DNA of 64,000 bases from the human T2T-CHM13v2.0 reference genome, Homo sapiens: assembly GCF_009914755.1 (NCBI RefSeq), contig NC_060932.1. One strand, given 5' to 3'. The stretch's first letter is position 1. Each line of letters begins with the position of its first letter. Below the pieces are notes generated by a model that saw nothing but the letters and a program-made list of their open reading frames with translations, did not search any database and was not told the DNA's origin. Positions 1 through 17,177 of the stretch are shown in pieces. The position numbers and the translations under genes were made by a program.

Positions 1-1078
1 CATTCTCAATAATAACCTTTAGTATTTCGAATATGAACATTTCTAAGGAAAAGGTCAACTTCATGTTTCTGCCTTATGAAAATAAAGGGGAAAATTTACC
101 AAAATATTCTACAGTAAATGAATTACACTTCTATTTAGGATGTTTGAGAGCTAGATAAGATGAATATCCTGATGGAGCTAGGACGCCTTTTTAGATGAGG
201 TAGTCACCTTGGGATATAGCTCATTTAGGTCAGGCAGGCCCATAAAACAGCAGCCCATCACCAGGACCTTGGGACTTTCTATTTATAACGTTCCCGATGC
301 CTCCCTTGATAGTTTTTTCCTCTACAAAATGTTGTCACTGCTGCCGCTCGTTGTTCCCACTAGGCGGCACTCTAAGCTCATCGTCAATGCGAGGACCGAG
401 CACCTGCTAAAATCTGCGGCAGGCATCTCCGTTGTGCAAAATTGGTAACAGTTTGGATTTTATTCATCGAAACTTTAGAATGGAAAATGATTGTTTCTAA
501 ACGAGGCAACAAGGCAGGCCATATGGTTTGACTGCGTCTGAGAGTATGTGGTCTTTGGAATCCTGTTACTGCGTCGTCTCCCTCTAGGGTGCATCATCTC
601 AGACCAGGAAGGCAAAGCTGCCGGGGACAATAATAGGGTTGCGGTGACACCTGGGGGTGGCCCTCTCCTCCTCAGTGCTGATGCCTTGGGACTATAGGAC
701 CTGGGAGATACTTTGGTCGCCTGGGAAGTCTACTATTGCTTATAAAACCCAAGGATCTTGCCCAGCCCTGCGCATGCGAATAGAGGTGACTTCTCTAACC
801 CGCAACCTCAGAAGGAACGCTTTTCATTCCAGGAGGACAGAGGGGAGGCCGCGTAAGGGACTGTAAGTGGCTGTGGGGCTCACATCCCAGTTAATTCAGA
901 GAACAGCTCCCCTCACTTCGGAGGTTGCAGGCACTGAATTAAGCTTTCTGCATTCTTCATTGCATTTCATCTTCACAGGAGTCTCTTAGGTAGCGTGTAT
1001 TATCTCTACTTTTATAAATGAGGAAATGCAAGTTCAGAGAGCTTCCCTCTAGCTTGCGAGTTGCTAGGGTTTGGGCTG

Positions 1079-1578
1079 TGTATGGTTTTTCTATTGTTGC
1101 TATAACCAATTACCACAGACATAGTGGCTTAAAACGACACCAATATATTATCTTATATCTCTGCAGATCCGGGTTCCCTTGGCTAAAATCAAGGTGCGGT
1201 AGCATGCATTCCCTAGGGGAGGATCTGTTTCCTAGGGCAGGATCTGTTTCCTGGCCTTTTCCAGCTTGTGGAGGACATCCGCATTCCTTGGCTCATGGCT
1301 GCTTCCTCCCATCTTCAAAGCCAGCAGCTCTCTGACCCTTCTTCCATGGTCATATCGCTCCACGATCATAGTCAGGAAATGTTCTCTGCTTTTAAAGACC
1401 TATACTGTTTAATGAGGCCCACCCAGTTAATCCAGAATAATCTCTCAATCTCAAAGTCCTTAACTTTATCAAATTGTCCAAGTTCCTTTTGGCATGTAAG
1501 GCCACACAGTTACAGGTTCTGGGGATAAGGATGTGAACATCTTGGGGGCGGGGAGGGGGCATTATTCTGTCTACCATA
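1079..1578 (-). mobile_element. MaLR LTR, MLT1D-like
   Basis: Reverse complement starts TATGGTAGACAGAATAATG...CCAAGATGTTCACATCCT...AGAACCTGT, typical of the MLT1 5' end. Confidence 0.75.
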
Positions 1579-1929
1579 AGCAGGAAAGGTTTTTTTTTTA
1601 AATTTTAGAACTTACTTCTTAAAACATATAGGCATTAAAATTGAGTCACAGAAAGAAAACCGATAGGGTCAAATCTCTTAGGCCAACGATGAAGTGTGAA
1701 CAAATAGGAAAATTACAGGATCCTATAAGTAAAATACATGATACGACTTGAGTACAAATCACAAAAATTTGAAGTAAGAATAGGATAGCCAGGAAAAACT
1801 GAATTTATTTGTGATTTAATGCTTAGTCAAATGTGGAGCAATTGACTATGAAGACAGAAACAATTATTCTCACAATTTAAATGTATTTAAAGACAAGGCC
1901 CATGCAGAGAACAACACACAATGGTCTTT

Positions 1930-2125
1930 AATTTCCTTTCTTTCTTTCTCTCTCTCTTTCTTCTTTCTCTTTCTTTCTTCTTTCTTTCTTTCTTTTCTTT
2001 CTTTCCCTCTCTCTCCTTCCTTCCTTCCTCCCTCCCTCCCTTCCTTCCTTCCTGCTTGCTTTCTCTCCTTCCTTCCTTCCTTCCTGCTTGCTTTCTCTCC
2101 TTCCTTCCTTCCTTCTTTCTTTCTG
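1930..2125 (+). repeat. TC-rich simple repeat (TTTC/TTCC), probably derived from the adjacent L1 tail
   Basis: Read directly; abuts an L1 3' end. Confidence 0.9.
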
Positions 2126-2398
2126 ACTTTTATTTTATGTTCAGAGGGTACATGTGCAGGCTTATTATACAGGTGAGTTGTGTGTCTCAAGGGTTTGGTG
2201 TACAGAGTATTTCATCACCCAGGTAATAAGCATAGTACTGACTGGTAGTTTTTTCATCCTCACCCTTCTCCCACCCTCCACCTTCAAGTAGGCCCTGGTG
2301 TCTGTTGATCCCCCCTCCTCCTTTTTTTTGGTCTATGTGTACTCAATGTTTAGCTCCCATTTAGAATTGAGAACATGAGGTACTTAGTTTTCTGTTCC
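2126..2398 (-). mobile_element. L1 3'-end fragment (L1PA/PB type)
   Basis: gggtacatgtgcagg...catcacccaggta...gagaacatg L1 3' UTR signature. Confidence 0.8.
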
Positions 2399-5300
2399 AA
2401 GCAGTGAAGCTTAAGTAGACAATCGTAGTTTATTTTCATGAGTTGTAGTCAGTTTATGAGAGTAAGATTCTGTTTATATTTTGATTTTATATAAATATAA
2501 GTTAAGATGTAAGACTTATTTCTTGTTAACATGAAAGCATCTGACCAATCTGTATAGTACCTTCCGAAAATCTAGCTAAATGTAATTATACAAGATTTAT
2601 TTATTAAACTCCTACTGTCTCTCAGGTATATTAATTAGGTGGTGGTCATGCAATGGTAAAAAGGTAAGGTCTCAACCTTTAATACAGTTGAGAAGAGGGA
2701 ATTATATAAACAAATAAGTGTAATGAAGTGATATTACAAGAGAAACCTGCACTAAAGAAATTTACATTGAAGGAGAGTTTAAAACTAATATTCTACAAGT
2801 TCTCACCCAACCATCTACTCACCGTGCTTAGTCAACATCTGTCTAGTAGCCCCTGTGACAAGGAGGAATAAACCTTCCCAAGAATGTGTTATATCCACAT
2901 TAAACTATCATAACCTTTGATTACTATGTTTCTGTTCTAAATGTTGAATGTCCTGTCTGAATTTGGAAGGAATCTCTGCAGATTGATAAGAGGGTGGAAG
3001 GTTCATGTTCTGGTTTGTCTGCAGGAGGAAAACAACTCTTAGATGAAGATTCATTCACTGAGATAAGTCACGATCCACTCATCGTGTGCCTCCCTGCATT
3101 CGTGCCTGTTGGGTCTTTGTTCGTCAGCTGAGGCTATGATGTGCCCATGGGGCAACCACGGGATTGGCTCATTAACCCTCTCCCAAGACCTCACACAGAG
3201 AGGGTGAAGAGCACTGGCTCACTCGCTGCTGCTAAACCTGAAGAGCAGGGGCCTCAATCCTTCTTCAGGAAACTTACCTGGAAGTGAACGTGGGGTCTGG
3301 GGACAGAAGTGGGGAGTTGTGAAGAGACAGACCTTTTTAAGAGTGGCTGTGATGTCAAGGGAGGGTGCTGGATATTGTCTTGCCCCACCTTCTTCCTATG
3401 TCTGATGGAGTTTCCTCTCTAAGTAGCCATTTTATTCTGCTGACTCACCCTCTAACTCCTGGTCTTATTCCATCCTGTCTCAGGGTCTGTGGTGTAGTCA
3501 TAGCACCTAATGAGGTAGCATTTGTTTAGTGAGATCAGGGTGACTCTTCATTCAAAAGCTTTTGGGCTAGTGCATGCATGAATGGCATTGGAATGGGCAG
3601 CAGTTTCACTGTAGGGAGGTGGGTAGGATGCCTGCAGCTACCTCAGGCTGGGTGGAAGTTGTTGACCCTGGTTGATGGTATTAAAATATGACTCAGCAAT
3701 CTCCTTCATCATCCTAGGCCCAAGAGGTAGAACTGGAACGTGGAATAGGGACAAGGCTGAGAACTCTCCTTCCACTGGCTATGGTGGAAGTATAATTCAC
3801 AGATAACTGCCCTGATCCATCATCCATGAAATGTTCACAGATATAACCAAATACAGGAGACATTTGTATGAAATAAAGTATCATTAGGTTGGGAGCCAAA
3901 GAGCTTTGTTTTCCACTCACTGTGTTCATGTCACCTTGCTGGTTTGTGATTTCATCTGTAAAATGAGAAGTTTGGAGCAGAAGACTTGGCAGGCTCCTCA
4001 GGCATGAGCATTCTAGGGTTTGAATCTGGCGAGGTAGATGCTGTCTCAAACTGTCACCCTAGAGCCACTTCAGGAGTACTTTCCAAATCACAGTTGCTTC
4101 TGTGGGAATGGCAAGCTTGCTATGAAAGGAATTTTTGCCCTGAGGGTCAGTGTTGACATCTACTTTCTAAAGTACTACTAGTTATGAGAGTCCCTGGATC
4201 CATGTTACTTGAGAGCAGATTATAAAGTATTAATTGACTGAGATCTAAGACTTCCATATACCCTATTTTGAAATGTTATTTCCCAGGCTGGTCACAATCT
4301 GCTTGTATGTAACAAATATCTATTGAGCCTCTGTGGTGTACACTCCAGCACTGTGATGTGATAAGCAGTGAAGGGTTGCTCAGAGTCAGCCTGCAGTGGT
4401 AATGGACTCAAGATAAATGAGTTCAGCCCAAGGTGGTAAGTGGTCCACCACAGGAGGAGGTTACAGGTGCTACAGGGCTAACTTCCTGGTTATTATGGAG
4501 TGAATAGAGCATGCAGAGCTGGGATATAGCATGTCCCTAGCTGGGGCTCTGGGTGGGGATTGGTTGGCAGAGGAGACTGGAGAAGTAGCGGGTTAACAAA
4601 GGGCCTTGTTCATCTAGCAAATGTGAAGCCCATGCCCTACCATGCAGTAGATGGTCAGTAATGTTTGCTGACTGAATGCCTGGATGTATACAGATTACAA
4701 AGTGTTGAGTAATTGAAAGCAATGCCTAAAATGTTTCTGAGGTCTTTCTGTAGACAGAACCCAAGGTCAGCAGACATTGTGTTTTTGTTGCCATCATTTT
4801 TCTAGAAACTCCATGCACATAAACAGTAATCTCAACATGTACAGGTTGAATTGAATTCAACCAATATTGGTTGAATTGAAGGGAATTCTTATTTCAGTAT
4901 CTTTAAATTCAATTAACTTTCTTAGAGTGTACCCTTCCACTTCAACAGAAGCTAGTGACCAAGAAAAGTGGAATCAAGTTTACTCCAATAATATTTACTT
5001 TTAAACATTTTAAAGTTTAAAACTCCTAATGTAATTGGGTGAGGATCCAACTAATGCAGAAAGGAGCACTGTATATTTAGTCACAGTGACCATTTTGTAT
5101 CTTGAAAATAAATTTAGGAAGTGCCTTTCATATCAGCTTTTTATGCCTTGACAACACACAAAATCAATATTATTTTTCTGATATGTTTGAAAGGTGAGAC
5201 TGAGCCAAAAGAAAAATGTTTCCAAGAAAAAGCTTAAGGGAATTTGTGACCTGACCTTAAATAGATCAACTTCCTTAATTTCCCTATTTCTTTATGTCCT

Positions 5301-6221
5301 TAAATACCATTCTTATTTGCTTGATGCATTTACATAGGAAATTGCATTTTAACTTTCAGTGTTTATAAAACAATTATTAAGCATCGCTTAATAAAACAAG
5401 ATTTACTGGAAAGGCTTCAGAACCAGGAAGTTGAGATTTCCCTAGCTAAGGTTTGGCTTTCTTCCTCTATAGAAAGAAAATGTACAGCAAATGTTGTGTT
5501 CGAGGGTTTTGAGGTGGGAAAATGTTTAGAACACTGATTGAACTGAAAAAGACTAGTATGGCCAATGAATCAGAAAAAGCATGACAGGAGATGAGATTGA
5601 AAAGTTGAGCTCCAATGTATTGTCAACTTGGGTGCAATGAAAATGTGTTTCTGTGAAGCTAACTATTCAAACACAGAGCCCATCATCACCAAGTAGGTCT
5701 ACAAGCTACTATAGGACTATGGATAATTCAGCATTGCAGGTAGCTTTTTCTTGTTTCCAGAATGTGACTGAATTGTTGTCTTTTCATAGCAGCTTAGCGG
5801 GCACTGGATGAGGCATAAATCTCTGACTGGCAAACATTTTTATGTGGGCATGGAAAACACGCACTGCCCCACTTAACACCTCCACAACATCCACACTGAC
5901 CTGCGGCGACAGTGCGGTTTCCTGAGCCACAGCAGATGCCAAGTTCTCTGTTGAACAGTTTACATTCTCTTTACCTGTTCTTCTTTCAATAAACCAGATT
6001 GGGGGGCACTATTGTTGTCTCCCTTTAAATGAGGACTGAGGCTCAGAAATGCAAAGGAATTTGCCCCACTTGTTAGAAAGCAGAGTCCAGACTTTAAGTT
6101 TGTGGAATTTTAAAGTATACTCCGAACTAGAATTAGATTAAGAGGCAGGTGAGCTTGGAAAGTTGTAGCCTGTAAGAACTGGGGAAAATTAGAAAACATT
6201 TTACAGACATAAAATGCTTAA

Positions 6222-6558
<337 letters not shown>

Positions 6559-8370
6559 TAAAAAGATGTTGAGCAAGGTAGTATAAATATATCCATGTAA
6601 GCAACATCAACCTTTAATGAGTAATTATCATCTAGCTGAAAAAGGAAAGGCAACTGTCTTTTATTTTATTTATGTTTTTTAGTACATACAAGAAAGGTCT
6701 TATTTAGAACATAAAGTTGTTCATATACTACAAAAGCAATTTCTCTAAGACTCTACTAAATAAACCCCTGATGCACCAAGTTGAAGATTAGAGGGCTGGC
6801 ACATACCAGATTATAAACCTTCCAGACTGAGTGCTTTTGTGCCTTCTTGCTTTTGTCTGGTTCAGTTTTATCTGCCATATTCTCCTGGTCATCTTTCTTT
6901 CCCTCTCAGCTGCTTGAGTCCATACGATATTGTAACTTTTGTCTTCTTTTACCATGCATACTTTTATTAATTCAATTGGAGGCAAACCCTCACTTCTTCC
7001 TCTGTCTTCTAACTCCTCTTCAGCCATCACAGGAATATTTTTATTCCATTTTAAGTAAAAGCACAGCCTTTATTTTGATTAACAAGCATAAAATTAAAGC
7101 TAGTGATTGACAGACTTATGCAAAACAAAAAATTAAAACCCTGTGCAATGTTTTTATAAGCCCCTGTGCAGCAGGCCATGATATAAAAGAAGCCCTTACA
7201 AGGCACTAGGTCAACCCTTTAGGGTTGATACGCTTCACCCCAGCCTCATTACACAAAAGGCAGGGAAGGACGCAGTGGTTGCATTGCTCCTGTGCACTGT
7301 GGGAACGACCAAACCTGCAGTCAGCTTCCATGAGGAACCAGGAAGGATTCGGGAAGCTATCTCCTTGCTTACTTGTATCCTCAAGGCCTAAATCTTTTGC
7401 CTTGTTTGTTGACCTATTAAGTTGAGGTGGACAACTCTGCACAACTGTAAAAACTCCTCGTGTTTGACGTAGCTTACTCTGAAATCTCCCATTAAATTCT
7501 TCACAAAAGTTTCCAGTTACCTTTTATTTCTAATTAAACTGCTTTTTCCAAGCCCCATGCATCTAGATAAATATCTGTAACTGTTATTTCATTATTATTG
7601 TTTAATTACTAGTTCAAAGCCGTTGTGTCCTATTGAAAACATTACACAGACTTCCAGTATTTCATAGATTAAAAAGGTATTTTAAGTTTAGTTTGAGAAA
7701 GCCCTATTTACTAACGTGTAACTTGGAAATGAAATTAGAAGAAAAGTCATTTGTAACCTGGGTGGACCCTATTTAAGCCTTCAAAATTTAAGATTAGGGT
7801 GAACAACTGAAATAAAATGGTTAGTTAATGAATGACATTAGGTCTGTTCACCAATATCAGTTTAATGAAATATTTATGCTGTATAGTTTAGGCATACAGA
7901 TGGACTCTTCTTCTGAATGGCCAAAGATAATGGTAGTCAGCACAGGCTGAATGTCAGATACTACCCATTCATGAGTGCCTACTATGAGACAGGCTGGGTT
8001 TAGCATATGCACACTTTATTTAGGCCACAGCAATGCCATAGCTTGGATGGCATTATCTTCCTTTTATAGGAAACAGACATGTTGAGGAATTTGCCATAAG
8101 TCAGATAGCAGATGGTGGGGCAATATACATATTAGTTTTTATTAGTTTAAAAGTAATATTTAAAAATTACAAAGTAATACATGCTTATTGTAGAAAATTG
8201 ATAAAATACAGATTCATGAAAAGAAGAAAATAAAACTTCATAATTTCATCAAGTGGAGATAACCACAGGTATTATATTTATTCTTTCTGTATACAAATGC
8301 ATAAATGTATATCTTTTTACTTGTAAAACTGAAATTATAGTTTTGTAACTTGCTTCTTTCATTTAGTGGT

Positions 8371-8728
8371 TGTCTTAGTCTGTCTTCCATTGCTACAACA
8401 GAATACCACAGACTGGGTAATTTATAATGGACAGAAATTTATTTGGCTTATAGTACTGGGTACTAGAGGCTGGGAAGTCCAAGGGTGTGGCACTGGCATC
8501 TTGTGAGAACCTTCTTGCTGCATCACAACATAGCAAAAGGCATCACATGGCAAGAGAGAGCAAGGAATTAAATTCAGCTTCAAGCCCTTTTATGATCAGC
8601 ATTAATCCATTAGTGAGGGTGGAGCCCTCTTGACCTAAACACTTCCCATTAGGCCCCACCTCCCAACACCATTGCAGTGGGGATTAAATGTCCAGTGCAT
8701 GCTTTGTGGGGGACACATTAAAATCATA
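8371..8728 (-). mobile_element. MaLR LTR (MST/MLT1A-like)
   Basis: tgtcttagtc...aataccacagactgggtaatttata...gggggacacatt pattern. Confidence 0.75.
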
Positions 8729-8759
8729 GAAGTAGTGTATCATGAATATCTTTAATCTT

Positions 8760-9565
8760 CCTTTTTTTATTTTTTAAACTCTTATTTTAGGTTCAGGGGT
8801 ACATGTGCAGGTTTCATGCATAAGTAAACTTGTGTCATGGGGGTTTGTTGTACAGATTATTTTGTAATTCAGGTACTAAGCCTAGTACCCACAGTTATTT
8901 TTTCTAATCCTCCCTCCTCCCACCTTCCACCCACAAGTAGGATCCAGTGTCTGTTGTTTTTCTCTTTGGGTCCATGTATTTTCATTGTTTAATTCCCAGT
9001 TAAAACTGAGAACATGCATTATTTGGTTTTGTGTTCCTGTATTAGCTTGCTAAGGATAATGGCCTCCAGCTCCATTTGTGTTCCTGCAAAGGATATGATC
9101 TTGTTCTTTTTTATGGCTGCATAGTATTCCATAGTGTATGTGGACCACATTTTCTTTATCCAATCTGCCACTGATGGACATTTAGGTTCTTTGTCTTTGC
9201 TACTGTAAATAGTGCTACAGTGAACATACACGTGCATATGTCTTTATGGCAGAATGATTTGTATTCCTTTAGGTATACAACCCAGTAATGGGATTGCTGA
9301 GTTGAATGGTATTTCTGTTTTTTCTCTGAGGAATTTCCACACTACTTTCCACAGTGGCTGAACTAATTTACACTCCCAACAACAGTGTATAAGCATTCCC
9401 TTTGCTCTGCAATTTTGCCAGCATCTGTTGTTTTTTGACTTTTTAATTATAGCCATTCTGACTGGTTGAGATGGTATCTCATTGTGGTTTTGATTTGCAT
9501 TTCTCTAATGATCAGTGATATTGAGCTTTTTTTCATCTGTTTGTTGGCTATATGTAAGTCTTCAT
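8760..9565 (-). mobile_element. L1 3' fragment (L1PA/PB)
   Basis: L1 3' UTR plus ORF2 C-terminal remnants (ORFs 9019..9237 and 9244..9456). Confidence 0.88.
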
Positions 9566-9989
9566 TTTATCGGGTACAAAAGAGTTCGCAATTTTATATG
9601 CCATACAGTATGTAACAAATCCTCTAAATACTTAAAACTTTTAGTTGAAGTATTTGTGATAAATGTAATGCACATCCTTTGAATTAAATCTTTACACATC
9701 ACATATGTGTCATTATTTTAAGTTCATAGAAATGTAATTGCTGTGTTAAGGCTATGAATGTTTTTAATGGTTTCGCTGCATATTCCTAAATCAGCTCCAC
9801 AAATATTCTTAAAGAAATTTGCACTCCCATCAGGAATGCACAGAGTTCATTTCCATATACTCTAGGGAGAACACTGTTTTCACAACACATTCTTGCCAAT
9901 GTAGTGTCTTCTTGTAGTTGCAATTATATTTCTTTGATTGCTAGTGAGATCAGTTTTTTTTTCATTCTTTAAATTTCCTCTTAAAATTT

Positions 9990-12605
<2,616 letters not shown>

Positions 12606-13186
12606 TTTTTAAACTATTAAATATTATTAAAATAAGCAAAGAACAAAGACAAAATTTTGTGATATTGTGCTATTATTGTATCTCCCTTGAGGGAAAAAAA
12701 TACCATCTTCTATGATAACAAATTAATTATGGAATGAAAAGAAATTATCTGGATGAAACACCTGGGTCCATCAGGTATATTTCCATGGCGCTTGTCACCA
12801 TACTACACATGGAGCCATGTGTTTCTGGTCTTCATTTAAGTGCTGCTAACATATGAGTCCCTAATATGTTTTAGGCCATTACACTATGGCCAAGGGATGT
12901 GAAGAACAAGAGAAGAAATATCTCCTAATTAATCTGACTCAAATTCTGTAAGACATGCCTCTCGCCTGAATTTTGGACTATTGTATCCAACTGCCTGATG
13001 GAGAGCTCCAGATTGCCTGCCATATTTCAAAAGCAGCATGTCCCAAACTGCATCTACCCTCTGCCGCTCTAAATCTACTCCTCCCTCTGTAAGTGTCTCC
13101 ATCAGTTAGTAGCACAACAATCTCCTGAGAGTGTCAGTCCCCAAGACTTACAGTTTCTGTCCAAATATTTTTTGCCATTGACTTCT

Positions 13187-13600
13187 ATTTTTTAAATTAT
13201 TAGTATACTTTAAGTTCTGGGATACATGTGCAGAACGTGCAGGTTTGTTACATAGGTATACACGTGCCATAGTGGTTTGCTGCACCCATCAACCCATCAT
13301 CTACATTAGGTATTTCTCCTAATGCTCTCCCTCACCTAGCCCCCCACCCCCTGACAGGCCCCAGTGTGTGATAGGCCCTGGTGTGTGATATTCCCCTCCC
13401 TGTGTCCATGTGTTCTCATTGTTCAACTCCCACTTATGAGTGAGAACATGTGTGGTGTTTGGTTTTCTGTTCCTGAGTTAGTTTGCTGAGAATTATGGTT
13501 TCCAGCTTCATCCATGTCCCTGCAAAGGACATGAACTTATCCTTTTTTATGGCTGCATAGTATGCCATGGTGTATATATGCCATATTTTCTTTATCCAGA
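13187..13600 (-). mobile_element. 5'-truncated L1PA 3' end
   Basis: Primate L1 3' UTR; TSD CCATTGAC(T/C)TCT at 13175-13186 and 13601-13612. Confidence 0.9.
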
Positions 13601-13768
13601 CCATTGACCTCTTTTATCTACTACTGCCTGAATTCAGGCTTTTAGAATCCTAATTATTCAATAAATATTTTTGAACACTGTGTTCCAGATCCTCTTCTAA
13701 GTGGGTGGGGGGGGCAGGAAGGGAGGAGAAAAGAGAAAACAGATAATAAGAAAGTAAATAATAATTTT

Positions 13769-14062
<294 letters not shown>

Positions 14063-14461
14063 AGTAAACAATAATTTTAAGATTAAATTTGGTAACTGTT
14101 TTGAGGGCTCTTTTAAGTTGCCCAAAGAGGAAAAATTTAAGACTTGAAGAGGAAGAGCCAGACAAATAGCATTCCCAGACAAAAAGTTAGGAGTCAAGAG
14201 AGCTTGGGACTCAAAAAATGAAAAGGTAGCCATGTGGGCTGGCATTAGAAAACAGTTTGTAGAGGTGAAACCATGTTTGAATGCCAAAAAAAAAAAGAAG
14301 TGTGAATTTTATAATAAGTGCAAGGGGCAATCTTTGAAAGTTTTTAGGTAGAAAAAATTGATGTGATTTAGATTTTTCTAAAAGAACACTGTGGCTCCTG
14401 TAAGAGGATGGATTATAGTTGGGGCTGAAGTGGAAGTAGAGAGATCAGTTAAGATTATTGT

Positions 14462-14941
<480 letters not shown>

Positions 14942-15662
14942 TCACATTCATGGCACCCTGAATGCTTGTGACTAGTAGCTTCCTTTTTAGGACACCTGGG
15001 TATTTCTCTTCCTCCCCAAGAGAGATGGATGATTACCAAGAATTAGTTTTGTTTCTAAATTTGTGCATATCAGCTGTATTTTAAAAAATTTAAATGTTTA
15101 TTAATAGTATATGAACAATACTACTTGAGTAGACTGGAGCCAAACTTTCTGCTGGGTGTGGTCTTCTATCTTTTAAGAAAGCAACTAAAATGTGCTAGAA
15201 TTCTGTTTTTTGACAATCTTTGTCCTCCTTTTTGGCCCTCACATCTCTATAGTTTACCAAGCTTACGTCTATGAATTTACCATGAATATCTGTGCCACAT
15301 TAACCACAGTGATGCACAGTCATATATGTAGTTTGCTGGAAAGACTTTCAGAAGTTAAGGCACCTTTGATTAGTCTAACAGATGTTTCTCTCTCCTTTGG
15401 CTTTCAAAAGAGAAACAACTTTTCTCCTTCACTAACAAAATGTAAAATATTTTCCCAGATAGATGTTTCTTGTTTCACGCAGATTATCCTGTGTAAAGAG
15501 CCATATCACTCTGAACTCCTTGAAGGGATCGTGTGTTTCATAATAATTTTTACTAAGTTGTGCAAAAACATGTTTGTCAAATGAACAAATAAAAGAATAA
15601 ACTAATCTTCTGAACCGAGAAACATCTTTGTAAACATTTAATGATGCTATATGCATACCATA

Positions 15663-16048
15663 CTGTTACGGACTGTTTATGTCTCCTTCCCAATTTTATG
15701 TTAAAGCACTAACCCCCAGTGTGGCTGTATTGGAGATAGGGCCACTAAGGAGATAAATAATTAAGGTTAAATGAAGTAATAAGGGAGGGTCCCTGATCTG
15801 ATAGGAACCATCTAATTATGAGACACAAAAATGTTTGTTCAAAGCTCACGCACACAAAGAATAGATTATTTGAATGCACAGTGAGATGGTGGTGGCCTAC
15901 AAGCTAGGAGAAGATAGTTTAGAAGGAAACCTACCTTGCCATCACCTTGATCTTGGATGTCCCAGTCTTTAGAACTATGAGGAAATAGATTTCTGTTGTA
16001 TAATCCACCCAGAATGTGGCATTTTGTTATAGCCGTCTGAGCAGACTA

Positions 16049-16052
<4 letters not shown>
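15663..16052 (+). mobile_element. MaLR LTR, MLT1B-like
   Basis: TGTTACGGACTG...aacccccagtgtggctgtatt...agcagactaataCA. Confidence 0.75.

Positions 16053-16096
<44 letters not shown>
16051..16096 (+). repeat. (CA)n microsatellite
   Basis: About 23 perfect units, read directly. Confidence 0.95.
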
Positions 16097-16099
<3 letters not shown>

Positions 16100-17177
16100 G
16101 AATATACAATAGACTGCTTTCTGTTTCATACATATTTTGTTTACCAAAAGGAACCTCAGAGGTAAGGGACTTTGAATGTCAGATATTCTCTCCCCTTTAG
16201 CTTTCAAGAAAACCATTTTTTTTCTCCTGTTGTCTTTGCTAACAAAATGTCATAGACATTTGTCATAGACATTTTTCATAGACAAGATAGACTTTTCTTG
16301 AAAACCTTTTTTTTCTGAAGTTTTAATCAAAAATACAATTTTAAGATAGTCTTTATCTTGGTACAATTAACACAAAACCTACAACTTACAGCTGCTTGGC
16401 AAGTGGCCAGAGTCTTTGTGATTCTCTTACCCTTCCCTCAGGCTTGTCACAGTCATGTTTGCAGATGGTTGCCATGGGAGCTCTGAACATCATCTGAGAT
16501 CAAAATGAGAGGAAGGGGGAACGGCCGTATTAGCAGCATTCTTGCCTTATAGGAAAAGACTTCCCAGAAGCTACCAGCAGACTTCTATTTATCTCATTGG
16601 TTGTAACTGTGACAGGCTCAAAGCTAGCTGCAAGTGCAGCTGTAAAAACAAGTATTTAGTTTTTATCATTCCTATCTAAGAGGTGGCAAAACAGAAGAGG
16701 AATATAAGTATCTGTAGTGTTAGCCAGTGAACAGTCTGCTCTCCAAAGGAACTATTATAGAAGCGTGGACTAGCAGATCAGCTAATTCTAGAGTCCTCCA
16801 GAGTTATAGGTTTAATAACCGCAATGTGGGGCTTTACATTTCACACCTTAGCCACTATTTGACTGCTGCTAATGTCTTTGATTACAGTTAGCTAGGCTGC
16901 AAACATTATTTAAGGTCTATACTTACTCTCAGCATATCTATTATAATAAAACATTATTGAGTATACATTGGTTGCTTTGCTTATTATTTTGTGTGGAGAT
17001 GACACTGATCTAATATTCTGTAAATTATTTACAAGTGACAAGTGAGGTCTGTTCTAATTTGAGGCTGAAAACCATGATCATGACTTCATACTGTGCTCTA
17101 GTCAAAAATCCACCTATAGCTTACCATTAGCTAGCATTTCTAAGTGCATTCCACATTCAGTGATCTTCTTTCAAGGC

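Noticed and set aside
1870-2226. Lys/Glu/Arg-rich and Phe/Leu/Ser-rich ORFs
   Set aside because: Products of the TC simple repeat plus L1 tail.
15192-15584. 130-aa hydrophobic ORF
   Set aside because: Non-ATG start, composition follows the T-rich DNA, and no promoter or splice support seen.
16247-16285. Short tandem TCATAGACA repeats (similar micro-duplications at ~1213-1252, 13355-13390, 36306-36353 and 63624-63652)
   Set aside because: Ordinary slippage duplications, not a CRISPR-like or functional array.
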